From the NCBI GenBank assembly GCA_016296345.1, contig JAEDJL010000003.1, positions 4,555-68,554 on the forward strand: DNA of 64,000 nt. The letters run 5' to 3'. Below, one piece after another: positions 18,428-27,741 of the stretch. The DNA comes from Bacteroidales bacterium (GTDB lineage Bacteria > Bacteroidota > Bacteroidia > Bacteroidales > P3). The position numbers were made by a program, and so were the translations under genes. Numbering within the stretch: position 1 is the first letter of the stretch; the number at the start of each line of letters is the position of its first letter. The notes under the pieces were generated by a model. It saw only the letters and a program-made list of their open reading frames with translations, searched no databases and had not been told where the DNA came from.

Positions 18428-18868
18428 TTACTCTTCTGCTTCGTAGCTCAAAAACCTGTCTTTGAAGTCTTGGCTTATCGGAGCGGAAGAATTGGTACGT
18501 TTGTCAAAGCCTGCAAGTATTGTTCTGCACGTTCCTTTCACTATTCCACGGTCTGTAATCAGGCGTTGGTGCATATACATCGAGCGATTGCCAAAACGGA
18601 CGAGTTTTGTCTCGACAAAAACTTTTTCTCCTTGAACAATGGGTGAGAAAAAGTTGTTTTCGGTGTTTACAATCACGACTACGACCTTTGTCCAGTCCAA
18701 CTGCTCTCCCATTACCTGCTCAAAATAGTTTATCCTACCCAAGTCGTAATACTGAGCCTGAAAAGAGTTGTTCACATGGTTCAAAGCATCGAGGTCGCTA
18801 AAACGAATTTGTACTTGCAGACGATGTTTGTAAGTGTCGTTTTCGGGTTTTATCTGTTCGGTGTCCAT
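18428..18868 (-). CDS. Acyl-CoA thioesterase, 4HBT/YbgC hotdog family
   Basis: Start taken at the internal Met (MDTEQIKP...), because a TATCTTTG box lies at 18887-18894 on the minus strand, upstream of it. RFSDLDALNHVNNS is the YbgC-type catalytic motif. Confidence 0.75.
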   Translation of the reverse strand: MDTEQIKPENDTYKHRLQVQIRFSDLDALNHVNNSFQAQYYDLGRINYFEQVMGEQLDWTKVVVVIVNTENNFFSPIVQGEKVFVETKLVRFGNRSMYMHQRLITDRGIVKGTCRTILAGFDKRTNSSAPISQDFKDRFLSYEAEE

Positions 18869-19007
18869 TGTTCGTATTATTTTGTGCAAAGATACGTCTA
18901 TTCTTTCTTTTTGTCGCAACAATCCTTGCGACATTTGCGGCAAAGCATTTTATCAAATATGCAATCTACTCTTTTGCAATCAGTTGAACACAACGCAAGT
19001 TTATCTT

Positions 19008-19095
19008 TGACAAAACGGCGTTTTGGCAAAATAAAATGGCGTTTCAGCCGGACAAAACGCCGTTTTATTTTCGTGAAACGCCGTTTTATTTTGAG
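19008..19095. repeat. Four-unit copy of the 21-nt-phased composite repeat
   Basis: Core centres at 19018, 19039, 19060 and 19081. Lies in the divergent promoter region between the thioesterase gene and holA. Confidence 0.9.
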
Positions 19096-19143
19096 CGAAA
19101 AGGCTCTGCGTTTTGGTATTTTTTCGTACTTTCGCACTCTGTT

Positions 19144-20151
19144 ATGGCTATATCGTTTGAAAACATAGAAAAAGACATTGCAAAGGGTGATTTGAAACCT
19201 GTTTATCTGCTTTGCGGAGATGAGTTCTACTATCCCGATTTGTTAAGCAAGAAGTTTGAAAATGAATTGCTTGACGAACAGGACCGAGACTTCAACATGA
19301 GTGTGTTTTATGGCAAAGATGCCTCTTGCGACAAGATAATCGAAGCAGCAAAGCAGTATCCCGTGATGGCTTCCCGCCGACTTGTCATGCTCAAAGAAGC
19401 TCAGACAATGGACAAACGGGAGCTGGCAAAGCTGGAAAGTTATGTCACAAAACCTCTTGCAAGCACTGTTTTGGTGATTGTGAACAACGGTAGCGGATTT
19501 CCTCCGGCTCTTGCAAACAAAATAAGCAAAACCGGAGTTGTTTTCGACTGCAAGAAGATAAAAGAAGACAAGATACCTCTTTGGATTGAGAGTTTTGTGA
19601 GACAAAAAGGCTTTTCAATCGAACCTCAGGCAGTGAAACTTATCTCAGACTACATCGGGAACAATCTGATGAACATTTCAAACGAACTATCCAAGCTGAT
19701 GATAGACCTTTCGGGCAGAAAGCAAATCACACCCGACGATGTGGCGTCCCATATCGGCATAAGCAAAGAATATAACGTCTTTGAGCTTCAAAAAGCTGTG
19801 GGAAGACTCGACTTCTCAAAGGCTGACAAATGCGTAAGTTACATGATTGCCAACCCGAAAGAAAATCCTTTTCAAGTAATCATTGCAACTCTTTTTACCT
19901 ACTTTTCAAAAATTTTGATAGTATCACAACTTGGCGAAAAAACACCCTCTGCGGTTGCGAGTGCAATCAAAGTTCCCTCCTTTTTTGCCTCGGACTACAT
20001 TGCCGCAACCAATGTTTTTCCGATGTGGAAGCTGATTAACAACATCTCTTTGATAAGAGAATATGACATGAAGAGCAAAGGGGTCGGACTTTCTCCATTT
20101 GACAGCGATGCAGACCTGCTTAGAGAACTCGTTTTCAAACTTATGCACTAA
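19144..20151 (+). CDS. holA: DNA polymerase III delta subunit
   Basis: Start at ATG 19144 (MAISFENIEKDIAKGDLKPVYLLCGDEFYY), since the upstream part of ORF 19036.. is repeat-derived. Length about 335 aa, with the typical delta N-terminal pattern. Confidence 0.8.
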   Translation: MAISFENIEKDIAKGDLKPVYLLCGDEFYYPDLLSKKFENELLDEQDRDFNMSVFYGKDASCDKIIEAAKQYPVMASRRLVMLKEAQTMDKRELAKLESYVTKPLASTVLVIVNNGSGFPPALANKISKTGVVFDCKKIKEDKIPLWIESFVRQKGFSIEPQAVKLISDYIGNNLMNISNELSKLMIDLSGRKQITPDDVASHIGISKEYNVFELQKAVGRLDFSKADKCVSYMIANPKENPFQVIIATLFTYFSKILIVSQLGEKTPSAVASAIKVPSFFASDYIAATNVFPMWKLINNISLIREYDMKSKGVGLSPFDSDADLLRELVFKLMH

Positions 20152-20163
20152 TAATTCAAGAAG

Positions 20164-22470
20164 ATGATGAAACAGATTAAGAGATTATTTACTTTTGTTG
20201 CTTTAATTCTGCTCTCTGTAGCAGGAGTTGCCCAAACCGGCTCGGTCAAAGGTTTTGTTTATGACAAGACTTCGGGAGAGCCTGTGGCGTTTACCAATGT
20301 TACAGTGGAGAATACGACAATCGGAGTGGTAACCGATGTAAACGGATACTTCGTTTTGACAAAACTCAAAGCAGGAAACCACACACTCAACATTGGTTCG
20401 ATTGGCTATGAAACGGTGCGTTATCCTATTACAATCAAAAAAGGCGAAGTTTTAAGCATCAAAGTAGATATTTCGCCCTCAATGACAGAACTTTCAACCG
20501 TCGAAATCAGCGGCAAGAAAGAGAATTTGAGATTGGAAAGTTTGGTTTCGGTCGAAAAAATCACCTCAAAGGACATACGACAAATCCCTTCGATTGGAGG
20601 AATGGCTGACTTGGCTCAATATATGCAGGTTTTGCCCGGCGTAGTCTTCTCGGGAGATCAGGGCGGACAGCTTTATGTCAGAGGTGGTTCGGCAATTCAA
20701 AATCGTGTACTCTTGGACGGAATGGTTGTTTACAACCCTTTTCACTCCATAGGCTTGTTTTCGGTTTTTGAAACCGACATTGTGCGAAACGCAGACGTCT
20801 ATACGGGAGGGTTCAATTCCCAATATGGAGGAGTATTGTCCTCTGTTATGGACATAACCACCAAAGATGGTAACAAGAAACGCACAAGCGGAAAGGTCGC
20901 AGCCTCAACTTTCGGAGCCAATTTGCTGCTTGAAGGTCCGATAATCAAGAGCGGGAAGGACAAAGGCTACTCCATGTCATACATTTTGACTGCAAAAAAT
21001 TCTTATCTCTCCAAAACATCAACCTCAATTTACTCTTATATGGATAAGGAACTGCCTTACGATTTTTTGGATCTTTATGGTAAACTGACCCTTGCAACAG
21101 ACAACGGCAGCAAACTTAATATCTTTGCACTGAACTTTACAGACAAGGTAAATCAATACGAAGCCATTGCCGATTTTGGCTGGAAGAACACGGCATTTGG
21201 AGCAAACTTTTTAATAGTTCCCGGAAGCAGCAGCTCGCTTGTCGAAGGTATTTTTGCCTATTCCGATTATACGATGAATATGTCAGAAAGCAATTCTTCT
21301 GCCTCTCAAATGAGCAATATCGGAGGCTTCAATGCTGGATTGAATGTAACGAATTTCTTTGGCGACAACAAGCTCAAATATGGTTTGAATATGCTCGGAA
21401 ACACCACAAAGACCGCTTACACTCAGTCAGATACCGTTGTAGATTATTCGTCCGAACTTGCAGCATACGCAATCTTCAAAGGAGTTTGGGGACGCTTGGT
21501 TTACGAACCGAGTGTACGCTTTTCGTATTACGCATCGCTCGCAAGCCTTGTGCCTGAGCCGAGATTGAACCTCAAACTCAATGTTTCGGACAACTTCCGT
21601 CTCAAAGCAGCAACCGGAATCTACTCTCAAATATTCATGGACACCAAGAGCGACAGAGATATTGTCAATCTGTTTACCGGTTATCTGACTTCAAGCCCCG
21701 ATTTGAACATTGTGGGAAGTTTTAACGGAGAGAAAATAACCTCCTACGTCCAAAAGTCAAACCATTTTATCTTTGGAGCAGAATATGACATCGCAAAGCA
21801 TTTGTCTCTCAACGTCGAAGTGTATTACAAGACCTTGTCAAATGTTGCAAGTTCAAACAAGGATCGTATGTATCCCGACGACATTGAACACGAAGATAAA
21901 CCCGAATATTTGAGAAAGGAATATATTGTGGAAAATGGTGAGGCTTACGGAGGCGATGTGTCGTTAAAGTATGACGACGGCAGGCTTTACCTTTGGGCAA
22001 TCTACTCTTTGGGAAAGGTTACCAAGACCAACGAAACTCAAACTTACTTTCCTCACTATGACCGCCGACATAATATCAACATTTTGCTCAATTATCAGTT
22101 TGGAAAGGACAGGAGCTTTGAGTTGAGTTTGCGTTGGAACTATGGAAGCGGCTTCCCATACACTCCTACTGCCGCAATGATTGAGCAACTCGACTTTTCG
22201 GGAGGTATTAACACCGATTATATCTACTCAAACGGAACTCTCACAACTATATATGGGGATTTGAACTCTTACCGTCTGCCCGATTATCACCGATTTGACG
22301 TCTCGGCAAAGAAACGATTTGACGTCGGCAAACGCTCAATCTTGGAAATAAACCTGAGCGTTACCAATGTATATAACCGAAACAACCTCTTTTACTATAA
22401 CAGAGTTACTGCCGAAAGAGTAGATCAGCTTCCTATCATGCCATCTTTGGGAATGAGCCTTACCTTTTGA
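20164..22470 (+). CDS. TonB-dependent outer-membrane receptor with CarboxypepD_reg-like N-terminal domain
   Basis: 768 aa. Signal peptide, GSVKGFVYDKTSGEPVAFTNV, plug (QVLPGV....GGQLYVRGG...N..LLDGM.VYNP.H), and a beta-barrel ending in LGMSLTF. Confidence 0.85.
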   Translation: MMKQIKRLFTFVALILLSVAGVAQTGSVKGFVYDKTSGEPVAFTNVTVENTTIGVVTDVNGYFVLTKLKAGNHTLNIGSIGYETVRYPITIKKGEVLSIKVDISPSMTELSTVEISGKKENLRLESLVSVEKITSKDIRQIPSIGGMADLAQYMQVLPGVVFSGDQGGQLYVRGGSAIQNRVLLDGMVVYNPFHSIGLFSVFETDIVRNADVYTGGFNSQYGGVLSSVMDITTKDGNKKRTSGKVAASTFGANLLLEGPIIKSGKDKGYSMSYILTAKNSYLSKTSTSIYSYMDKELPYDFLDLYGKLTLATDNGSKLNIFALNFTDKVNQYEAIADFGWKNTAFGANFLIVPGSSSSLVEGIFAYSDYTMNMSESNSSASQMSNIGGFNAGLNVTNFFGDNKLKYGLNMLGNTTKTAYTQSDTVVDYSSELAAYAIFKGVWGRLVYEPSVRFSYYASLASLVPEPRLNLKLNVSDNFRLKAATGIYSQIFMDTKSDRDIVNLFTGYLTSSPDLNIVGSFNGEKITSYVQKSNHFIFGAEYDIAKHLSLNVEVYYKTLSNVASSNKDRMYPDDIEHEDKPEYLRKEYIVENGEAYGGDVSLKYDDGRLYLWAIYSLGKVTKTNETQTYFPHYDRRHNINILLNYQFGKDRSFELSLRWNYGSGFPYTPTAAMIEQLDFSGGINTDYIYSNGTLTTIYGDLNSYRLPDYHRFDVSAKKRFDVGKRSILEINLSVTNVYNRNNLFYYNRVTAERVDQLPIMPSLGMSLTF

Positions 22471-22481
22471 CAATCAAGCAA

Positions 22482-22566
22482 TAACAAAACGGCGTTTCGC
22501 CAAAATAAATCGCCGTTTCAGCAAAATAAAACGCCGTTTTGTCGAACTGAAACGGCGTTTTGTTAC
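22482..22566. repeat. Four-unit copy of the 21-nt-phased composite repeat
   Basis: Core centres at 22492, 22513, 22534 and 22555. Lies between the convergent TonB receptor and pabC genes. Confidence 0.9.
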
Positions 22567-22587
22567 AAGTGAAACCAACTCTTGGTT

Positions 22588-23166
22588 TCAGAAGACGATT
22601 TCCACATCAAACGGATTGTCTTCTATGTCCAACATTGCGTTGATTAAATAGCAACATTGGTATGATTTGATGTCGTCAAGTGAGATTTTACGCTCTTCAA
22701 TCCTGCCTTTGTTTATCAGTTCCTGCCTTTTGCAACCGTTCAACAAGAAAGTGTTTGGCGTAAACAACAGGTCGTCTTGGCGAAAGACCACATTGCTGAA
22801 AGAAGTGTCGGTCACAAATCCGTTTTTCACTATGAGGACATCATCACTCTCGCCCCTCAATTCTCTGAGAGCGTTCAACTCTCTGCGGTCTGCGTATTTC
22901 AAATGATAGTCTATGGTGTTGCATTCTACAACTTTGAGCTTGCGTATTGGTCTCGGGGCATATCGGGAGAATTTTATGTCGAGAATTTTATCCGAATAGA
23001 CCACACTGCACTTGACTATGCCGCTTCTGTACTGCAAAGGCACGTCTATTGATGACAAATCGAAAGACTGCACCTTTGGTGAGGTGTAGTGCATTCTCCT
23101 ATTGTGAATGTGGGGCGAGAGAAGCTCACCCTCCTGCACCCTGAGGGTTTCCAAAAACTCTGTCAT
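22588..23166 (-). CDS. pabC: Aminodeoxychorismate lyase-like, class IV aminotransferase fold (short form)
   Basis: 192 aa. DDVLIVKNGFVTDTSFSNVVF......FTP....LNG..R is the class IV fold pattern. A 4-nt overlap with pabB suggests an operon. The assignment rests partly on context. Confidence 0.65.
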   Translation of the reverse strand: MTEFLETLRVQEGELLSPHIHNRRMHYTSPKVQSFDLSSIDVPLQYRSGIVKCSVVYSDKILDIKFSRYAPRPIRKLKVVECNTIDYHLKYADRRELNALRELRGESDDVLIVKNGFVTDTSFSNVVFRQDDLLFTPNTFLLNGCKRQELINKGRIEERKISLDDIKSYQCCYLINAMLDIEDNPFDVEIVF

Positions 23167-24146
23167 CTCTTTATGGGTAAATAAACCTTTTGAATAACTT
23201 CCTCATACTCCTTGTTGCAAAGGCTGTTGGTCGTTATGCCGCCTCCGCTTCGGAAATAGTAATCATCGTTCTGCTTTTCGATATAGCGAATAAGTACCGC
23301 AGTGTCCAAATCTTTGCCGTCAAAATATCCGAACACTCCTGTGTAAAAGCCTCTCGGTTCTTTCTCGGCTTGTTGTATCAGATTGACAGTTTCACTCTTT
23401 GGAGCGCCGCTTATGCTTCCCGCAGGAAGAAGAGAAAAAACCATATTACCCACATTATGCTGCCAATCGCATGGCAGATGTCCCGAAATAAGAGAACTGG
23501 TTTGAAGAATGCCGCCTCCGATAGTGTCAATGCGTTCGACATATCTGAATTTTTCCACACTGACATTACGACTTACCATGTTCAAATCATTTCTCATCAA
23601 ATCGACTATGGTAAAATGTTCCCTCAACTCCTTCTCGTCCGAAAGCAGAAGCCTCTCGGCATCGGGCAGATCGGCATTTATCGTTCCTTTCATGGGAAAA
23701 GTGTAAATCATATTGTTCTTTGTGCGGATAAAACTCTCGGGAGAGAAGCATACAAACCTGTTTGGAACGCACAACTTGTAGGGAGCATTGCAGCAATGGA
23801 AGAGTTCTTCCAACGAAAGATTGAGTTGTATTTTTGTCTTGGTGGTAAGATTGCACAAAAAGCTGTCTCCTCTTTGCAAACCGCCCTGCACCTTGGCAAA
23901 AGCCTCATAATAGTGCTGTGGGTCGCAGTATTTTATCTCCAAGTCTGCCTTTGCTCTCAGGCATTCGGCATACGAAGAACTGCAAGGGGCGTTTCCCCTC
24001 CCCTTTATCTCGAAAAGCAACTGCTTATTGTCCATATCATCAGACAAAAAGAGTGCTTCATGCTTCTCAAAGTCGAAAGCAAACACAAACTTCCTGCTCT
24101 TTGCTGCATAAAAGTTCATTCTTTCTACCGCTTCTCTTGTTTCCAT
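23163..24146 (-). CDS. pabB: Aminodeoxychorismate synthase component I (chorismate-binding enzyme, short form)
   Basis: Start taken at METREAVERM (CAT at 24144-24146). Chorismate-binding C-terminal signatures are present (PMKGT, SDEKELREHFTIVDLMRND, LLPAGSISGAPK, EPRGFYTGVFGYFD, IRY..., GGGIT). The upstream 212 aa of the 540-aa ORF are antisense to pabA and were discarded. Confidence 0.8.
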   Translation of the reverse strand: METREAVERMNFYAAKSRKFVFAFDFEKHEALFLSDDMDNKQLLFEIKGRGNAPCSSSYAECLRAKADLEIKYCDPQHYYEAFAKVQGGLQRGDSFLCNLTTKTKIQLNLSLEELFHCCNAPYKLCVPNRFVCFSPESFIRTKNNMIYTFPMKGTINADLPDAERLLLSDEKELREHFTIVDLMRNDLNMVSRNVSVEKFRYVERIDTIGGGILQTSSLISGHLPCDWQHNVGNMVFSLLPAGSISGAPKSETVNLIQQAEKEPRGFYTGVFGYFDGKDLDTAVLIRYIEKQNDDYYFRSGGGITTNSLCNKEYEEVIQKVYLPIKR

Positions 24147-24170
24147 CTGCCAAAATCTCAAAACAGACGG

Positions 24171-24178
24171 CAAAGATA
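24171..24178 (-). promoter_or_regulatory. -7 box (TATCTTTG on minus strand) for pabB-pabC
   Basis: Plus strand reads caaagata, 25 nt upstream of the pabB ATG. Confidence 0.5.
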
Positions 24179-24214
24179 CTAATTCTCCACAATATCTTGT
24201 CGGTAAATTTTCCC

Positions 24215-24222
24215 TATCTTTG
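24215..24222 (+). promoter_or_regulatory. -7 box (TATCTTTG) for pabA
   Basis: tatctttgcaagtgatATG. The box ends 8 nt before the start codon, implying a very short leader. Confidence 0.5.
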
Positions 24223-24230
24223 CAAGTGAT

Positions 24231-24815
24231 ATGAATATACTTTTGATAGATAACCGCGATTCGTTCGTTTATAATGTCAAGGCTCTGATTGAGCAGTGCA
24301 ATGTGGCAGACAGAGTGGATGTTGTACCGAATGACAAGATTGACTTCGGGCGTTTGGGCTACTACTCGGGGATTGTACTTTCGCCCGGTCCGGGAATACC
24401 GAACGAAGCCGCCGATATGCCAAAATTGATAGACATTTGCGAAAACACACACTCCATTTTGGGAATATGTCTCGGTCATCAGGCAATCGCAGAACACTTT
24501 GGAGCAAAATTGCACAACCTTCCGCACCCCCTGCACGGCAAACAAGGAAAGCTGAAGGTCGTTAAACCTGAGGATATTCTCCTTAGAGGATTGTCTTGTT
24601 GTGAAACGATAGGACACTATCACTCTTGGGTGGTAGCTTGGGAAGAGTTGCCCGAGTGCATCGAAGTTACGGCAACCGACAACGAGAATAACATAATGAG
24701 TTTCAGCCACAAAAGCAAGCCATTGTACGGTTTGCAATTTCACCCTGAGAGTTTCATGACAAGTTGCGGCAAAACGATTGTGCAAAATTGGCTCTTATCC
24801 TTACGCACAAAGTAA
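24231..24815 (+). CDS. pabA: Glutamine amidotransferase component II (aminodeoxychorismate/anthranilate synthase)
   Basis: 194 aa. MNILLIDNRDSFVYN, ILGICLGHQAI (catalytic Cys) and LQFHPES (His/Glu) are class I GATase TrpG/PabA signatures. Transcribed divergently from pabB. Confidence 0.9.
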   Translation: MNILLIDNRDSFVYNVKALIEQCNVADRVDVVPNDKIDFGRLGYYSGIVLSPGPGIPNEAADMPKLIDICENTHSILGICLGHQAIAEHFGAKLHNLPHPLHGKQGKLKVVKPEDILLRGLSCCETIGHYHSWVVAWEELPECIEVTATDNENNIMSFSHKSKPLYGLQFHPESFMTSCGKTIVQNWLLSLRTK

Positions 24816-24844
24816 ATCACAACAGCCAATTCTCATACCGCAAA

Positions 24845-24908
24845 AATAAAACGCCGATTTTTCAAAAAAAGTGGCGATTTTTCACCGAAAAAATGCCACT
24901 TTTTCAAG
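24845..24908. repeat. Degenerate three-unit copy of the composite repeat
   Basis: aaaacgccgattttt / aaagtggcgattttt / aaaatgccacttttt, with 20- and 22-nt spacing. Lies between the convergent pabA and SDR genes. Confidence 0.55.
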
Positions 24909-25001
24909 CACTAATCGGCAATTTGGTATAAGCAAAAAGCGAAGCTGCAAGACATAACGTCCGCCGCTTCGCCAAAGTCATATTATTAACCAATAAACCT
25001 G

Positions 25002-25745
25002 CTATACTGTCATACCGCCATCAACACTGAGAACTGCTCCATTGACGTATGCAGCCTCGTCGGAGGCAAGGAAGCAGAATGCGTTGGCGATATCTTCGGG
25101 TTTTCCAAGTCTTCCGACAGGTACTTTGGCAACCATGCCTGCCAAAACGTCTTCCGGCATCTTTGCAACCATGTCTGTGGCAATAAATCCGGGAGCTACG
25201 GCATTTACAGTAACGCCTTTTTTGCCCAACTCTCTGCAAAGGGTCTTTGTCATACCGATAACGCCTGCCTTTGTGGCAACATAGTTGGTTTGTCCGAAGT
25301 TTCCGTACAATCCGACAACGGAAGAAACATTGATAATCCTGCCCCAGCCTGCTTCAACCATATATTGGTTTACTGCCTTTGTACAATAGAATGTTCCTGT
25401 GAGGTTTATGTCGATTACGCTCTGCCATTGCTCCGGTGTCATCTTCTTCAATGTAGAGTCATTGGTAATTCCGGCGTTGTTAATCAAGATGTCAATTTTG
25501 CCGTTGGCATCAAAAACTCTCTTTGTTGCCGCAACAACTTGCTCATAGTTCGATGTATCAACTGCATCAAAGCAAATCGTGTAGCCTTCTTTTGCCATTG
25601 CTTCAACAAAAGCCTTACCTTTTTCGGCATTTCTTGCCCATACTGTTACCTTTGCACCTTCTTGTGCAAACTTTCTTGCAGCTGCCGCACCAATTCCGGC
25701 TGTTCCTCCGGTGATTATGGCAACCTTATTTTCCAATCTCTTCAT
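25002..25745 (-). CDS. Short-chain dehydrogenase/reductase (FabG / acetoacetyl-CoA reductase-like)
   Basis: 247 aa. TGGTAGIG cofactor motif, NNAG, and the catalytic S...Y...K context (YVATKAG). Confidence 0.85.
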   Translation of the reverse strand: MKRLENKVAIITGGTAGIGAAAARKFAQEGAKVTVWARNAEKGKAFVEAMAKEGYTICFDAVDTSNYEQVVAATKRVFDANGKIDILINNAGITNDSTLKKMTPEQWQSVIDINLTGTFYCTKAVNQYMVEAGWGRIINVSSVVGLYGNFGQTNYVATKAGVIGMTKTLCRELGKKGVTVNAVAPGFIATDMVAKMPEDVLAGMVAKVPVGRLGKPEDIANAFCFLASDEAAYVNGAVLSVDGGMTV

Positions 25746-25764
25746 TGCTGTTATGTTTTGTTTG

Positions 25765-26178
25765 TTAAAATCTATCGGTGTGCATCAATTTTGCCTCGCC
25801 TGTTATTACCTCTTTGCCGGTTTCCTCATCTGTCAAAGTGGTACGAATTAAGCCTCTGTGCTTTTCTTCGTTCACTTCTATGACTTCAAACTTTGCAACA
25901 TAGTTTCTGCCGACAAAAACAGGAGAACGAAAACTCATTTGCTGGCTCATGTAGATTGTTCCCTCGCCGGGCCAGATTGTTCCGAAAACTCGTGAAAAGA
26001 CCGCTCCTGCAAAGAAGCCGTGAACTATCGGTTTGCCGAATGGTGTCTTTGCTGCGTACTCCGGATTGATGTGAATGGGATTATTGTCAAGCGAACAGTC
26101 AGCAAAAGCGTTTACTTGCTCTTGTGTAAAGCTCGTTTTCAACTCGTATGTGTCGCCTTGCTTGATTTTTTCCATCAT
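25765..26178 (-). CDS. MaoC-like hotdog-fold protein (R-specific enoyl-CoA hydratase, or possibly 3-aminobutyryl-CoA ammonia-lyase)
   Basis: 137 aa. F...S.D.NPIHINPEYA......KPIVHG is the MaoC dehydratase motif. The specific role is inferred from the kamDE neighbourhood. Confidence 0.7.
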   Translation of the reverse strand: MMEKIKQGDTYELKTSFTQEQVNAFADCSLDNNPIHINPEYAAKTPFGKPIVHGFFAGAVFSRVFGTIWPGEGTIYMSQQMSFRSPVFVGRNYVAKFEVIEVNEEKHRGLIRTTLTDEETGKEVITGEAKLMHTDRF

Positions 26179-26192
26179 GTCGGGATTTGAGG

Positions 26193-26852
26193 TTATTGTT
26201 GCATTGGTTTCAAATCGTCGGCAATGATAAGGTCAGCTTCGGTTGCCGCTTTAACTTGCTCGACTGTAAATTCGGGGTGTATTTCCTTCAATACAATTCC
26301 TTCGGGAGTGATTTCCATTACACCCATTTCGGTGATTATCATATTGACCTGACCTTTGGCAGTGAGCGGAAGGGTACATTTTTTCAATATTTTCGGATTT
26401 CCCTTCGCCGTATGCTCCATTGCAAGAATTACTTTCTTGGCTCCTACAAGCAAATCCATGGCTCCGCCCATTCCGGGGATTTTTTTGCCGGGTATCATCC
26501 AGTTTGCCAAGTCTCCTTTCTCATCTACCTGCATTGCTCCCAAGATTGAAGCATCTACATGACCGCCTCTGATAATTCCAAAGGAGGTTGCCGAATCGAA
26601 AGTGGCAGCTCCGTCAATCATTGTAACGTGTCCGCCTCCTGCATTTATCAATTCAGGATCTTCCTCTCCTTCTTTTGCGTCAGAATCCATGCCAATCAAG
26701 CCATTCTCACTTTGCAAAAGCACCTTGACTCCAGGTTTCAAATAGTTGGGAATAAGTGTCGGTATTCCGATACCAAGATTTACCACATATCCGTCTTGAA
26801 GCTCCAAAGCAGCTCGCTTTGCTATCACTTCTCTTATTTGAGCTTTTTCCAT
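26193..26852 (-). CDS. 3-oxoacid / acetate-acetoacetate CoA-transferase subunit B
   Basis: 219 aa. NLGIGIPT and the SENG active-site Glu motif (LLQSENGLIGM) are present, and the length and pattern fit ScoB/AtoA. Confidence 0.85.
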   Translation of the reverse strand: MEKAQIREVIAKRAALELQDGYVVNLGIGIPTLIPNYLKPGVKVLLQSENGLIGMDSDAKEGEEDPELINAGGGHVTMIDGAATFDSATSFGIIRGGHVDASILGAMQVDEKGDLANWMIPGKKIPGMGGAMDLLVGAKKVILAMEHTAKGNPKILKKCTLPLTAKGQVNMIITEMGVMEITPEGIVLKEIHPEFTVEQVKAATEADLIIADDLKPMQQ

Positions 26853-26952
26853 AGCTTTTATGTTTTATTACTTTGTTTTCAAACAAGCGTTCGTCCGAAA
26901 GCTGCCTTGCGGGCAAACGCTTCTCATATTGGTTTATTGTGTCGGTGATTGA

Positions 26953-27741
26953 TTATTTTCCCATGCGGCGTGCCAACTCTTCTGCTATGTAAGAGGCAAC
27001 GTCATCGGCGTAGGTGTTCATTCCAAAGCCTGCATCATAACCCAATTCCTTCGCAAGCTCGTGAGTAATTCTCGCACCACCGCAACACAATATCACTTTA
27101 TCTCTCAAACCTTCGGCTTCCAACATCTCGACAAGCTCTGTCAAGTTTTGGATATGCACATCTTTTTGAGTAACTGTCTGAGACACCAAGAGAGCATCGG
27201 CTTTCATCTCCAAGGCTTTTGCAATAAACTCCTCGTTTGGCACTTGCGCTCCCATGTTCAAGGCTTCTATCATCTCATAACGCTCCAATCCGTAATGCCC
27301 TGCATAACCTTTCATATTCATTATGGCATCTATTCCAACCGTGTGAGCATCTGTACCTGTGGAAGCTCCGACAATGACAATCTTTCGTCCGATTTTTTCT
27401 TTGATGAACTCGTCTGTCTCGTGCATATCCATGACATTTGATTCCACTTTCGGAACATGGATTGTTGTATAATCGACTGTGTGAACCGTGCTGCCATAGC
27501 AGTTGAAAAAAGTGAAGCCTTTGGTCAATTCTTTGTAGAAAACTACTTGCGGATTCTCAAATCCCATTTTCTTCATCAACTGTTTTGCAGCCTCTATGGC
27601 TTCATCGCCACACGGAACGGGAAGTGTAAAACTCAACTGGGTCTTACCGTCGTTCATTGTGTCGCCGTATGGTTTTACTTTGGTGAGGTCAAGCTCCGTA
27701 TCGAAGTTTTTTGCCTCCATTGAATAAAGTCCGCCGCTCAT
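26953..27741 (-). CDS. kamE: Lysine 5,6-aminomutase beta subunit (B12-binding)
   Basis: 262 aa. MSGGLYSME...LDL..VKPYGDTMNDGK.QLSFTLP and GASTGTDAHTVGIDAIMNMKGYAGHYGLERYEMI closely parallel the clostridial KamE sequence as I remember it, including the DxHxxG B12 motif. Confidence 0.9.
   Translation of the reverse strand: MSGGLYSMEAKNFDTELDLTKVKPYGDTMNDGKTQLSFTLPVPCGDEAIEAAKQLMKKMGFENPQVVFYKELTKGFTFFNCYGSTVHTVDYTTIHVPKVESNVMDMHETDEFIKEKIGRKIVIVGASTGTDAHTVGIDAIMNMKGYAGHYGLERYEMIEALNMGAQVPNEEFIAKALEMKADALLVSQTVTQKDVHIQNLTELVEMLEAEGLRDKVILCCGGARITHELAKELGYDAGFGMNTYADDVASYIAEELARRMGK

Noticed and set aside
23190-24182. Long antisense ORFs with no recognisable domains (also 12557..13351, 16504..17367, 33392..34039, 35511..36590, 38415..39077, 49547..50110, 52550..53185, 53988..54722, 40099..40599)
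   Set aside because: Each lies opposite a gene with strong family signatures. Their products are low-complexity or Cys/His/Arg-rich with no motifs, which is typical of shadow ORFs.
24147-24785. N-terminal 212 aa of the 540-aa minus-strand ORF 23163..24785 as part of PabB
   Set aside because: This part is antisense to the well-supported pabA gene and shows no chorismate-enzyme motifs. An internal Met with its own TATCTTTG box gives a coherent short PabB.
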